DNA from: Chitinivibrionales bacterium
GTDB taxonomy: Bacteria; Fibrobacterota; Chitinivibrionia; Chitinivibrionales; WJKA01
DNA: 64,000 nt
Assembly: GCA_038247415.1 (NCBI GenBank)
Contig: JBBRUX010000010.1
Span: 33,191 to 97,190, forward strand
Direction: 5' to 3'
Made by a program: the position numbers and the translations under genes. Positions 19,628 to 27,347 of the stretch are shown here, piece by piece. The notes under the pieces are model-generated. The model saw nothing but the letters and a program-made list of their open reading frames with translations. It ran no database searches and was not told the origin of the DNA. The first letter of the stretch is position 1. Each line of letters begins with the position of its first letter.

Positions 19628-21535
19628 ATGGCAAATAATCTTATTCTTATCCTTGGCAACTGTTCAGAGCCAGATCGCTATGTTATCGATCGATGTGCTG
19701 TGCAACGCGGGCTTGTAACTCGGTATGTATCACGAGCGCAATGGCAGGAATGGGATTATTCCTGGGATTCTGCTATTGGCTACCTTTCGTTTTTGCCCTA
19801 TTCCTCTTCTACACTTCTCGATTTGTTTGCGCTCTTGCCGGTTGGAAGTGGCCAAATGCCCCTTTGTTTTCAGGCAGTCGATCTGTACGACAGCACGATA
19901 TCTGATACGCTTATTACGGGTTCTTTTATTATGCCTGTATCGGCTGTTGCTATGGGTACCATACTGTCAAGTATCGAACTTCAAGCTTCGCTGCTCGAAC
20001 AAAATATGGCTCTTGTCAATGAAGTTAACCGGTATCGCAAAGAGAAAAATAGGCTCATGAATATTGGTCTTGCGCTTTCATCCGAGCAAGATCTAGATAG
20101 TCTGTTAGAATGGATCCTCGAAGAAGCGCTCTCAATTACCCTCGCCGACGCGGGATCTATTTATATCAGAGAAAATATTGGTGCGGGAGAAGGGTATACT
20201 AACAGGCTTCTGTTTAAAGTGACTCAAAATAAATCGGTTGATATTTCTAAAGGTGAAAAGCAAGATCCGCTTCCTATATCGGAAAACACTATTGCCGGAC
20301 ATGTTGCGCTTACCGGGAAACCATTACGTATCGATGATGTCGGCCGGCTCGATGCCGATGTTCCCTATTCGTGGGGAAGAGGCTTTGTACGGCGTTTTGG
20401 GTATCAAATAAAATCGATGCTTGCTGTTCCGCTCAAAAATCTCCAGGGCGAAGTGGTTGGTGTTTTGCAGCTCATGAATAAAAAACTATCCACGGCAGTG
20501 CGACTTTCAGATTCCGATGCCGTACGTGATCACGCACTCGCATTTAGTCATTCAGATGAAGATACTGTTATGTCAATAGGATCGCTTGCTGCGGTCTCCA
20601 TCGAACGAGCGCAACTTACCTCCAATATTCAGCATCTTTTTGAAGGCTTCCTTTCTTCTTCAGTTGCTGCAATCGACGAACGAGACCGGGTTACTTCGGG
20701 GCATAGCAAACGCGTTGCAGATTATGCCATGTCATTTGTTGACGCAATCAATACTGAATCGCAAGGCGTTTTTGCCGATGTTCAATTTTCTCTTGAACGT
20801 AAACAACAATTTGAATTTGCAGCATTGCTTTATGACATTGGTAAAATTGGGGTGCCCGAAGCATTGCTCACAAAGGACCTCCGTTTACCAGCAGGAGAAA
20901 TTGCAGCACTCGGGGCGCGTTTCGAAATTATTCGGATTCAAATGAAATTGACAGGCGGCACCTGTGGATGGCCTCATGAAGAAGCATTAGAAGAAGATTG
21001 GTTATTTTTGCAAAAGGTTAATGCTTCGGGATTCTTATCCGACGACGACTTTAAGCGACTGAGTGCTTTGCGGGACAAAACGTATGCAACGCATGATAAT
21101 CCGAGTGCACTGCTTATTTCCGATTCCGAATGGGAACACCTGTCAATACGGCAAGGAAATTTAACCCCCATCGAGCGTGATCTTATAAATTCTCATGCGC
21201 AGGCAACCCGCCGTATTTTGTCTAAAATTCCATGGACAAAGGAAATGCGTCTTATTCCTTCTATTGCATGCCATCATCACGAAAAAATTGATGGCTCGGG
21301 ATACCCTGATGGGCTTTCTGGAGATGCAATAAGTCTGGAAAGTCGCATTCTTGCTGTTGTTGATATTTACGAAGCACTGGTTGCCCAAGATCGACCCTAT
21401 AAGCCACGGATGCCCTATACCAAGGCTCTTGAAATCCTGCGATTTGAAGCGAGCAAAAATCGCCTTGATTCCGATATTGTAGAATTTTTTATCGACCATA
21501 ACATTTACAAAATATTTTTTACAGAAACGAATTAA
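19628..21535 (+). CDS. GAF + HD-GYP domain protein (HD changed to YD)
   Basis: GAF (DAGSIY, SMLAVPL, QLMNKK), GHSKRV, ALLYDIGKIG, HHHEKIDGSGYPDGL, DRPYK. Confidence 0.9.
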   Translation: MANNLILILGNCSEPDRYVIDRCAVQRGLVTRYVSRAQWQEWDYSWDSAIGYLSFLPYSSSTLLDLFALLPVGSGQMPLCFQAVDLYDSTISDTLITGSFIMPVSAVAMGTILSSIELQASLLEQNMALVNEVNRYRKEKNRLMNIGLALSSEQDLDSLLEWILEEALSITLADAGSIYIRENIGAGEGYTNRLLFKVTQNKSVDISKGEKQDPLPISENTIAGHVALTGKPLRIDDVGRLDADVPYSWGRGFVRRFGYQIKSMLAVPLKNLQGEVVGVLQLMNKKLSTAVRLSDSDAVRDHALAFSHSDEDTVMSIGSLAAVSIERAQLTSNIQHLFEGFLSSSVAAIDERDRVTSGHSKRVADYAMSFVDAINTESQGVFADVQFSLERKQQFEFAALLYDIGKIGVPEALLTKDLRLPAGEIAALGARFEIIRIQMKLTGGTCGWPHEEALEEDWLFLQKVNASGFLSDDDFKRLSALRDKTYATHDNPSALLISDSEWEHLSIRQGNLTPIERDLINSHAQATRRILSKIPWTKEMRLIPSIACHHHEKIDGSGYPDGLSGDAISLESRILAVVDIYEALVAQDRPYKPRMPYTKALEILRFEASKNRLDSDIVEFFIDHNIYKIFFTETN

Positions 21536-21536
21536 C

Positions 21537-22814
21537 ATGACGCTTGTTGAAGAGCTCCGCTGGCGAGGAATGGTTCACGATACAACTCCTGCAGCTGAAT
21601 CCACGCTATCCGAAAAAAAAATTAAAGTGTATGCAGGGTTCGATCCTACCGCTGTATCTTTGCAATTAGGAAACCTTGTCCCTATTATGCTGCTCCTGCA
21701 TTTTCAGCGCGCGGGGCATACCCCTGTGGCACTTGTTGGTGGAGCAACAGGTATGATAGGCGATCCATCAGGAAAATCCGAAGAGCGCGTTCTCCAATCT
21801 CTTGACTCCATAGAATATAATGTCTCGCGTTTTAAACTTCAGCTCGAAAAATTTCTCAGGTTTGACGGGGATAATGCAGCGTCGCTTGTTAATAATTTCG
21901 ATTGGTTTAAAAATGTGGGCTTTTTGGAGTTTTTACGGGATGTGGGCAAGCATTTGACCGTTAATTACATGATGGCAAAGGATTCTGTCAAGCAACGCCT
22001 TGAATCAGGATTATCCTTTACCGAATTTTCCTATCAGCTTCTGCAAGCCTACGATTACCTCCATTTATACAAAACACAGGGCTGTACGTTTCAAGTTGGT
22101 GGATCAGATCAATGGGGTAATATCACTGCAGGAACAGAACTTGTGCGGCGCATGGCAAATGGGGAAGCGCATGCACTTACGTGCCCTTTGGTAACCAAAG
22201 CAGATGGCAGCAAATTTGGAAAATCTGCTGCCGGCGAAAAAATATGGCTCGATCCTGCACTCACATCTCCTTATAAGTTTTATCAGTTCTGGATCAACAC
22301 CGCCGATGATGAAGCATTGCGCTATATTAAAATTTTCTCTATGCTCCCTCAAGAAGAAATTGATACTCTGGCTCAAAAAACGCTCGATGCACCTGAAAAA
22401 CGCGAATTACAGTTTGCTTTGGCACGGGATATAACTACACGCGTGCATTCTGAAGAAGCATTTAAAAGCGCCGTGGAAGCATCCGATATTCTCTTTGGGT
22501 CAGGAACCTTCGAAAAATTAGCCACATTGTCGGAAGAGAATCTCCTGGCAGCGCTCGAAGGGGTTCCTCGGTTTTCTATTGCTCGGTCGGAAATCGAAGC
22601 AGGAGTTCCCTTTTTATCGCTTTGCGCAGAAAAAACAACCATATTTCCTTCTAAAGGCGAAGCGCGAAGAATGGTTTCGAATGGGGGAGTGTTTGTCAAT
22701 AAACAGCGAGTTGGAGATGTTGAAAGTTCAATTGGTAAAGATTATTTGCTACAAAATCGATATATTCTCGTTCAAAAAGGCAAGAAAAACTATACGCTCA
22801 TAATTGTCGAATAA
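21537..22814 (+). CDS. tyrS: Tyrosine--tRNA ligase
   Basis: YAGFDPTA, SLQLGN (HIGH variant), SYQLLQAYD, GGSDQWGNI, KFGKS, C-terminal S4 domain. Confidence 0.97.
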   Translation: MTLVEELRWRGMVHDTTPAAESTLSEKKIKVYAGFDPTAVSLQLGNLVPIMLLLHFQRAGHTPVALVGGATGMIGDPSGKSEERVLQSLDSIEYNVSRFKLQLEKFLRFDGDNAASLVNNFDWFKNVGFLEFLRDVGKHLTVNYMMAKDSVKQRLESGLSFTEFSYQLLQAYDYLHLYKTQGCTFQVGGSDQWGNITAGTELVRRMANGEAHALTCPLVTKADGSKFGKSAAGEKIWLDPALTSPYKFYQFWINTADDEALRYIKIFSMLPQEEIDTLAQKTLDAPEKRELQFALARDITTRVHSEEAFKSAVEASDILFGSGTFEKLATLSEENLLAALEGVPRFSIARSEIEAGVPFLSLCAEKTTIFPSKGEARRMVSNGGVFVNKQRVGDVESSIGKDYLLQNRYILVQKGKKNYTLIIVE

Positions 22815-22839
22815 TAGGGGATGTAGAGGTACAATAGAA

Positions 22840-22977
22840 ACAGTGTTAAAGTTTTGCATTGCCAAGGCAGCAAAAGATGCTGTCAACGGTGTTGCACCTG
22901 TCAAAAAAGTTGCTAAACCTGCCGCAAAAAAGGCCGTTAAGCCTGCTGCTAAAAAAGCTCCTGCTAAAAAGAAGTAG
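22840..22977 (+). pseudogene. 3' fragment of an HU-family protein with a histone-H1-like PAKK tail
   Basis: Own translation: TVLKFCIAKAAKDAVNGVAPVKKVAKPAAKKAVKPAAKKAPAKKK*; resembles the HU C-terminal strand/helix (VKFRxAKAxKDAV); N-terminal HU part absent. Confidence 0.7.
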
Positions 22978-23115
22978 TTCTACTTTATAATGCGAGTGCC
23001 CAGAGTTTTGGTTCACGCGTTGAAACTTTATAAATGTGCTATGTATTGTAAAAACCTTGGTCTATAGGGCATTCGTTAGCTCTGCGGATTTCGAGGTTGA
23101 GCGCAATAAATGAGT

Positions 23116-23289
23116 TCAGGCTACTTTGATCGTTCGAAGTAGTTTCGGTTTTCCAGTATAAAGTCTGTCTTTATACTCATCTTGAACTTTTTTGAAATGA
23201 TTTAATATCTTTACAGAATCATTACCAAGTGATTTTTCAATTTTAAGTCTGTGTTTTCTGACTTCCGCAACAATTTTATCTTCTTTCAT
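23116..23289 (-). CDS. Small protein, probable antitoxin partner of the PIN gene (57 aa, below ORF-track cutoff)
   Basis: MKEDKIVAEVRKHRLKIEKSLGND...KVA*; ATG abuts the PIN stop, GGAGG upstream; D-x-IV-x-EVR pattern is common downstream of PIN genes. Confidence 0.65.
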   Translation of the reverse strand: MKEDKIVAEVRKHRLKIEKSLGNDSVKILNHFKKVQDEYKDRLYTGKPKLLRTIKVA

Positions 23290-23670
23290 TTAGCCCTCCA
23301 TCAATTCTTCTGGTGTTAGGATAAAAGGTGTTTCAAGTCCATGTTCCTGATTTATTTCAATGATAACTTTGTGCAGAATAGGATTCAATATAGGGGTGAA
23401 ATTCCAAGAAACGATATAATCCATCCCATGGAACACTGCGACGGCCACGTGCAATGCATCCAATTTTGCTTTTACCGGCACCATTGTCTTCTTAAAATAT
23501 TGATCACCCAGTTTGCGAATTTCATCATTCACAGTTAAAATTTCAAACTGCTTAATAGCATTATTCCTAAGTTCAGCAGCTTTAGGATCACCTTTTGAAC
23601 ATTCTTCAATAACAAATGGAGAGACAAATGCTCGAAATTTTTGAATTGTATTGCTTTTGTAAATTGATTT
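23290..23670 (-). pseudogene. 5'-truncated PIN-domain (VapC-like) toxin
   Basis: Frame extends upstream of the annotated ORF: FVSPFVIEECSKGDPKAAELR...KLDALHVAVA...DYIVSWNF; bounded by an in-frame TAA near 23672 with no start codon or N-terminal acidic motif. Confidence 0.75.
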
Positions 23671-23883
23671 TTAGGTATTTGTTTGTTTTGACGACACCTG
23701 CTCTTTTGTATAGATGCTCAAATGGAGCAAGGTGCTGGCGCACATTACTTGGCTGATCGTTATAGTGCTACTACTACGATAAACATTCCTACAAGTCCTA
23801 CGAACCAAGCGGTCTTTGTTACGTTGCGGCCTGTTTACAAATAGCCTCGACTAAACGAATGAATCTATGTATCCTTGGGAAAA

Positions 23884-23921
23884 GAATACACCTAGAAAAA
23901 TTGCTAGGTGTATTCCATTTT
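23884..23921 (+). terminator. Probable intrinsic terminator
   Basis: Perfect 12-bp stem GAATACACCTAG/CTAGGTGTATTC followed by CATTTT. Confidence 0.55.
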
Positions 23922-23947
23922 AAAAAAAATTAACAGGAAAAGGTTTA

Positions 23948-24292
23948 ATGAAAACTTATACAACAATAATTGCCTTATCTCTTTAGGTTTTCTTACAATT
24001 CAGTTGTGATTCGCAGGGCACTCCCGCAGGTCCGGGAAGTAAATCATTATCAGAAAAGATTATAGGCAATTGGTATGTGGCTCGAACAGTCTTAGAAGGG
24101 ATCTCGGATTCATTGTATACGAGTGTATTCACTGAAATCATCACGAAAATCGAAGCCACGCATTGGAGTGAGTACGGCAAAACAGATACGGCAACAATAC
24201 ACTCGTCGTTTGGATATACACAATCCAGCGATTCAAGGGTAGCCAGGTGGTTGCGGGTAAGGCAGCCTTCAGAGGGGATACACTTTTTATAA
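23948..24292 (+). pseudogene. Lipoprotein gene interrupted by an in-frame TAG
   Basis: RBS then MKTYTTIIALSL*VFLQFSCDSQG...EKIIGNWY; TAG at 23984-23986 inside the signal peptide, in frame with ORF 24077-24292. Confidence 0.6.
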
Positions 24293-24471
24293 CGTTCGCA
24301 GAAGCGGGCTTTGAACAAAAAACTGGTATCTAAAATGGAATGGCTCAGTCCCTCCATCAAATTGGCCTCAAAAAGCAATTAATAGCGAACTTTAATATTA
24401 TTTTCTGGGAGTAGGCATGCTTACTTGACGGTCGTAATCTAAGCACATTCCTTTGAAGAGGGAGGCAAACA

Positions 24472-24726
24472 ATGCGAACCGTATTTGGAATTTCCCTTTT
24501 ACTTTTAATCAGTTGTTCCTTCTGTAAACAAAGCAATACCTACACGCTTGCGATCCGCAATAACACTAACGACACGCTTAGGATTGTCTATGCAACTCAA
24601 AATCTTTCGGATAGTTTGAGATTGGTCAGTCCCAATTTCACATCCACGTTTACGGCATATGGGTCAGGGCCAGCAGAACAGCATGAATTAAGTAAGGTGG
24701 AATTTAGCCAATACCATAGCTTGTGA
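24472..24726 (+). CDS. Small putative lipoprotein, possibly truncated
   Basis: GGGAGG RBS, signal peptide with LISC; the frame stays open about 30 codons past the TGA. Confidence 0.5.
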   Translation: MRTVFGISLLLLISCSFCKQSNTYTLAIRNNTNDTLRIVYATQNLSDSLRLVSPNFTSTFTAYGSGPAEQHELSKVEFSQYHSL

Positions 24727-25131
24727 CGAATCGGCCCGAATGAATATGATTTTGTATCTGTATCGGGCCTGCCACCCCGAACAAATACCAATTCATTTTC
24801 AGCCAAGCTTCCCATCTGATTACTTAAAAGTTTTTTTCTTTGGAAGTTTGGCGATGGTGCAACGAGTACCGAACAATTCCCGTTGCACCGATATTTTTCT
24901 GCGGGTTCCTTTACTGTTTTCTTGACATACGACTTTGAATACCCGCAACGCTGATTAATTGGGGTAGTAGCGTTAAATTGGAAACAGCGAAATAGTGACT
25001 ACCTCCCCGAGAGGTGGTTAATACTGAGTATTAGATCTTCGTATTCATCTATATTCGTCATAAGGATCCGTGGATTAGCTGGTTAGATCCCACCGGAATC
25101 TGTAACCGTTTATCATATAAAGAATTATGCA

Positions 25132-26025
25132 ATGACACAAAAACCGATCCTATTTGAAATTCGCAATCTGGTTAAAAAGTATCCCAAAGTTTCGGCTGTG
25201 GATGGGATTTCTTTTTCTATTCCCCAAGGGTGCTGCTTTGGGATGCTTGGGCCCAATGGTGCCGGGAAAACAACTACAATCGAGATTATGGAAGGCATTA
25301 CTTCCCTTACATCGGGCGAGGTTTTGTATAAAGACCGACCTCTCGATTTACGCTTCCGTCAGGAAATGGGTATCCAGTTTCAAACAACAGCTTTGCAGGA
25401 AAAACAGACCTGTCGCGAAACATTGCGAATGTTTGCAAGCCTGTATCAAAAAACAGTGCCCATAAAAGATCTTATCAACATGTGTGATGTGGGTGATTTT
25501 ATCGATCGGGATACCCACAAACTCTCGGGTGGGCAACGCCAACGATTGCTGCTGGCTGTAGCACTTGTAAACGATCCTCAAGTAATATTTATGGATGAAC
25601 CAACTACGGGGCTCGATCCCTCTGCACGGCATAGTTTTTGGGGAATAGTGCGCAACATCAAGGCTTCGGGAAAAACGCTCATTTTAACAACGCATTATAT
25701 GGAAGAAGCCGACTTGCTGTGCGATGAACTTATTATCATGGATCATGGGCATATTACCGCGCAGGGATCTCCCTCAGATTTGCTTGATCGATATTTTAGT
25801 GTGTCAACGTTTATATTACCATCTAGCAAAGAAATAATTAGCAAACTTCCACCTGGGCTTGATTTCGTTAATCAGAACGAAACGATCGAAATTCATGTAA
25901 CTCAAATTGCCGAGACGTTACGCATGTTGCTTGATAATGGCGTCGATCTTAGGCAACTTGTTATTCGTAAACCAACCCTCGAAGATCTCTTTCTTCAATT
26001 GACAAACAAAAAAGGGGGGCAGTGA
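25132..26025 (+). CDS. ABC-2 (DrrA-like) exporter ATP-binding protein
   Basis: GPNGAGKTT, LSGGQRQR, MDEPTTGLD, TTHYMEEA, PTLEDLF. Confidence 0.95.
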   Translation: MTQKPILFEIRNLVKKYPKVSAVDGISFSIPQGCCFGMLGPNGAGKTTTIEIMEGITSLTSGEVLYKDRPLDLRFRQEMGIQFQTTALQEKQTCRETLRMFASLYQKTVPIKDLINMCDVGDFIDRDTHKLSGGQRQRLLLAVALVNDPQVIFMDEPTTGLDPSARHSFWGIVRNIKASGKTLILTTHYMEEADLLCDELIIMDHGHITAQGSPSDLLDRYFSVSTFILPSSKEIISKLPPGLDFVNQNETIEIHVTQIAETLRMLLDNGVDLRQLVIRKPTLEDLFLQLTNKKGGQ

Positions 26026-27029
26026 TGCTTCAGCGTATTTGGATCATGTGGCTTGCCCGCACTCGCGAGTTTTATCGCGATACGTCTGGATTGGCGTGGA
26101 ATCTTCTCTTTCCGTTACTTATTATTGCAGGTTTTGCATTTGCATTCTCTGGTGATAAGCAAAATACCTTCAAGGTAGGGGTATATCCTCCAGAATCGCT
26201 TTCTGACAAAACCGATTTTTTTGCAACAAAACATATCGAATTTATTCCGCAAAAAAATAAAGACGAAGCCTATGCAAAAGTAGGGCGCCACCAGATCGAT
26301 TTGCTTGTCGTGTGGGGCGATACCGTTCAATATTGGATTAATCCGACTTCACCTAAGGGAGATCTTGTAGAAAAGGTCCTTCTGGGGTCAACAAAGTATC
26401 CAGTACTCCGTCAAGAGGCGCACGGTAAGCAGGTTCGCTATGTCGACTGGCTGGTGCCGGGAATTCTTGCGCTTAATATGATGTTTTCTGCCCTCTTTGG
26501 CGTAGGATACGTAATTGTCCGCTATCGTATTAATGGTGTGCTCAAGCGGCTTAAGGCAACGCCTTTGCGTGCGTATGAATTTCTTGTTGCGCAAGTGCTC
26601 TCGCGCTTAGTGGTTATTATGGGGTCGTCGGTAGTGGTATTTGTTGGTGCAAATTTCTTTATTCATTTTAGTATGCTTGGATCTTGGTTATTGCTTTTGT
26701 CAGTTTTCGCATTAGGAACGTTTTGCATGATATCGCTTGGGCTTGTATTTGCAGCCCGTTTCAAGAGCGAAGAAATGGTTTCGGGTATTCTTAATTTTTT
26801 AACCTGGCCTATGATGTTTTTATCGGGGGTATGGTTTTCCCTCGAAGGTCTCCATCCGGTTTTTCAAAAAATTGCGCTGGCTTTTCCCCTTACGCATCTT
26901 ATCAATGCATCACGGGCTATTATGCTCGATGGAGCAGGCATTAATCAGGTCGCTTTACCTATGCTTATTCTTGCGGGAATGAGTGTTGTGTTTATTGGGG
27001 TTGGTGCGGTTTTGTTTAAATGGGAATAA
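26022..27029 (+). CDS. ABC-2 type permease
   Basis: YVDWLVPGIL, GVLKRLKATP, FLSGVWF, PLTH; about six TM segments. Confidence 0.92.
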   Translation: MMLQRIWIMWLARTREFYRDTSGLAWNLLFPLLIIAGFAFAFSGDKQNTFKVGVYPPESLSDKTDFFATKHIEFIPQKNKDEAYAKVGRHQIDLLVVWGDTVQYWINPTSPKGDLVEKVLLGSTKYPVLRQEAHGKQVRYVDWLVPGILALNMMFSALFGVGYVIVRYRINGVLKRLKATPLRAYEFLVAQVLSRLVVIMGSSVVVFVGANFFIHFSMLGSWLLLLSVFALGTFCMISLGLVFAARFKSEEMVSGILNFLTWPMMFLSGVWFSLEGLHPVFQKIALAFPLTHLINASRAIMLDGAGINQVALPMLILAGMSVVFIGVGAVLFKWE

Positions 27030-27056
27030 AAATATAAAAACAAGTCAGATAAGAAT

Positions 27057-27260
27057 GTGGGCGTTTCGGGTTCCCCGTCGCACCAACCCCTTCGGGCGCC
27101 CAAAGGAAGTACCCTTGGGGTATTTTCCGATGCGGCTTCCTTTATGGGCTCTGGCTTTTCCAGCCGGTCTTTCATGCCATTCGGCACTACGTGCCTGAGG
27201 CATTCAAGACTGAAAGCTTCACTCCGTTTTGCTTTCACCCTTCAGTCCTGGCTAACGTGC
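27057..27260. other. GC-rich multi-hairpin intergenic element (ncRNA or MITE-like repeat candidate)
   Basis: Nested inverted repeats: GCCCAAAGGAAG/CTTCCTTTATGGGC, TACCC/GGGTA, GTCTT..ATGCC/GGCAT..AAGAC, GGCAC/GTGCC, TGAAAGC/GCTTTCA. Confidence 0.5.
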
Positions 27261-27347
27261 TTGACATGAGAATGTTGAACCTTGATTAAATTGGTTAGAG
27301 ATCAAGGCCATCACTCAAATCACAGTTCAGAAAATGGGTTTAGATCC

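Noticed and set aside
21655..21675. TyrRS HIGH motif reading QLGN
   Set aside because: HIGH-motif variation is tolerated in class I synthetases and all other motifs are intact
23984..24726. In-frame TAG and TGA as possible stop-codon recoding
   Set aside because: Conserved genes in the window use TAG and TGA as normal stops; these cases sit in a decaying island
26945..27269. Three short overlapping ORFs across the GC-rich element
   Set aside because: No protein motifs; open frames are explained by high GC and palindromic sequence
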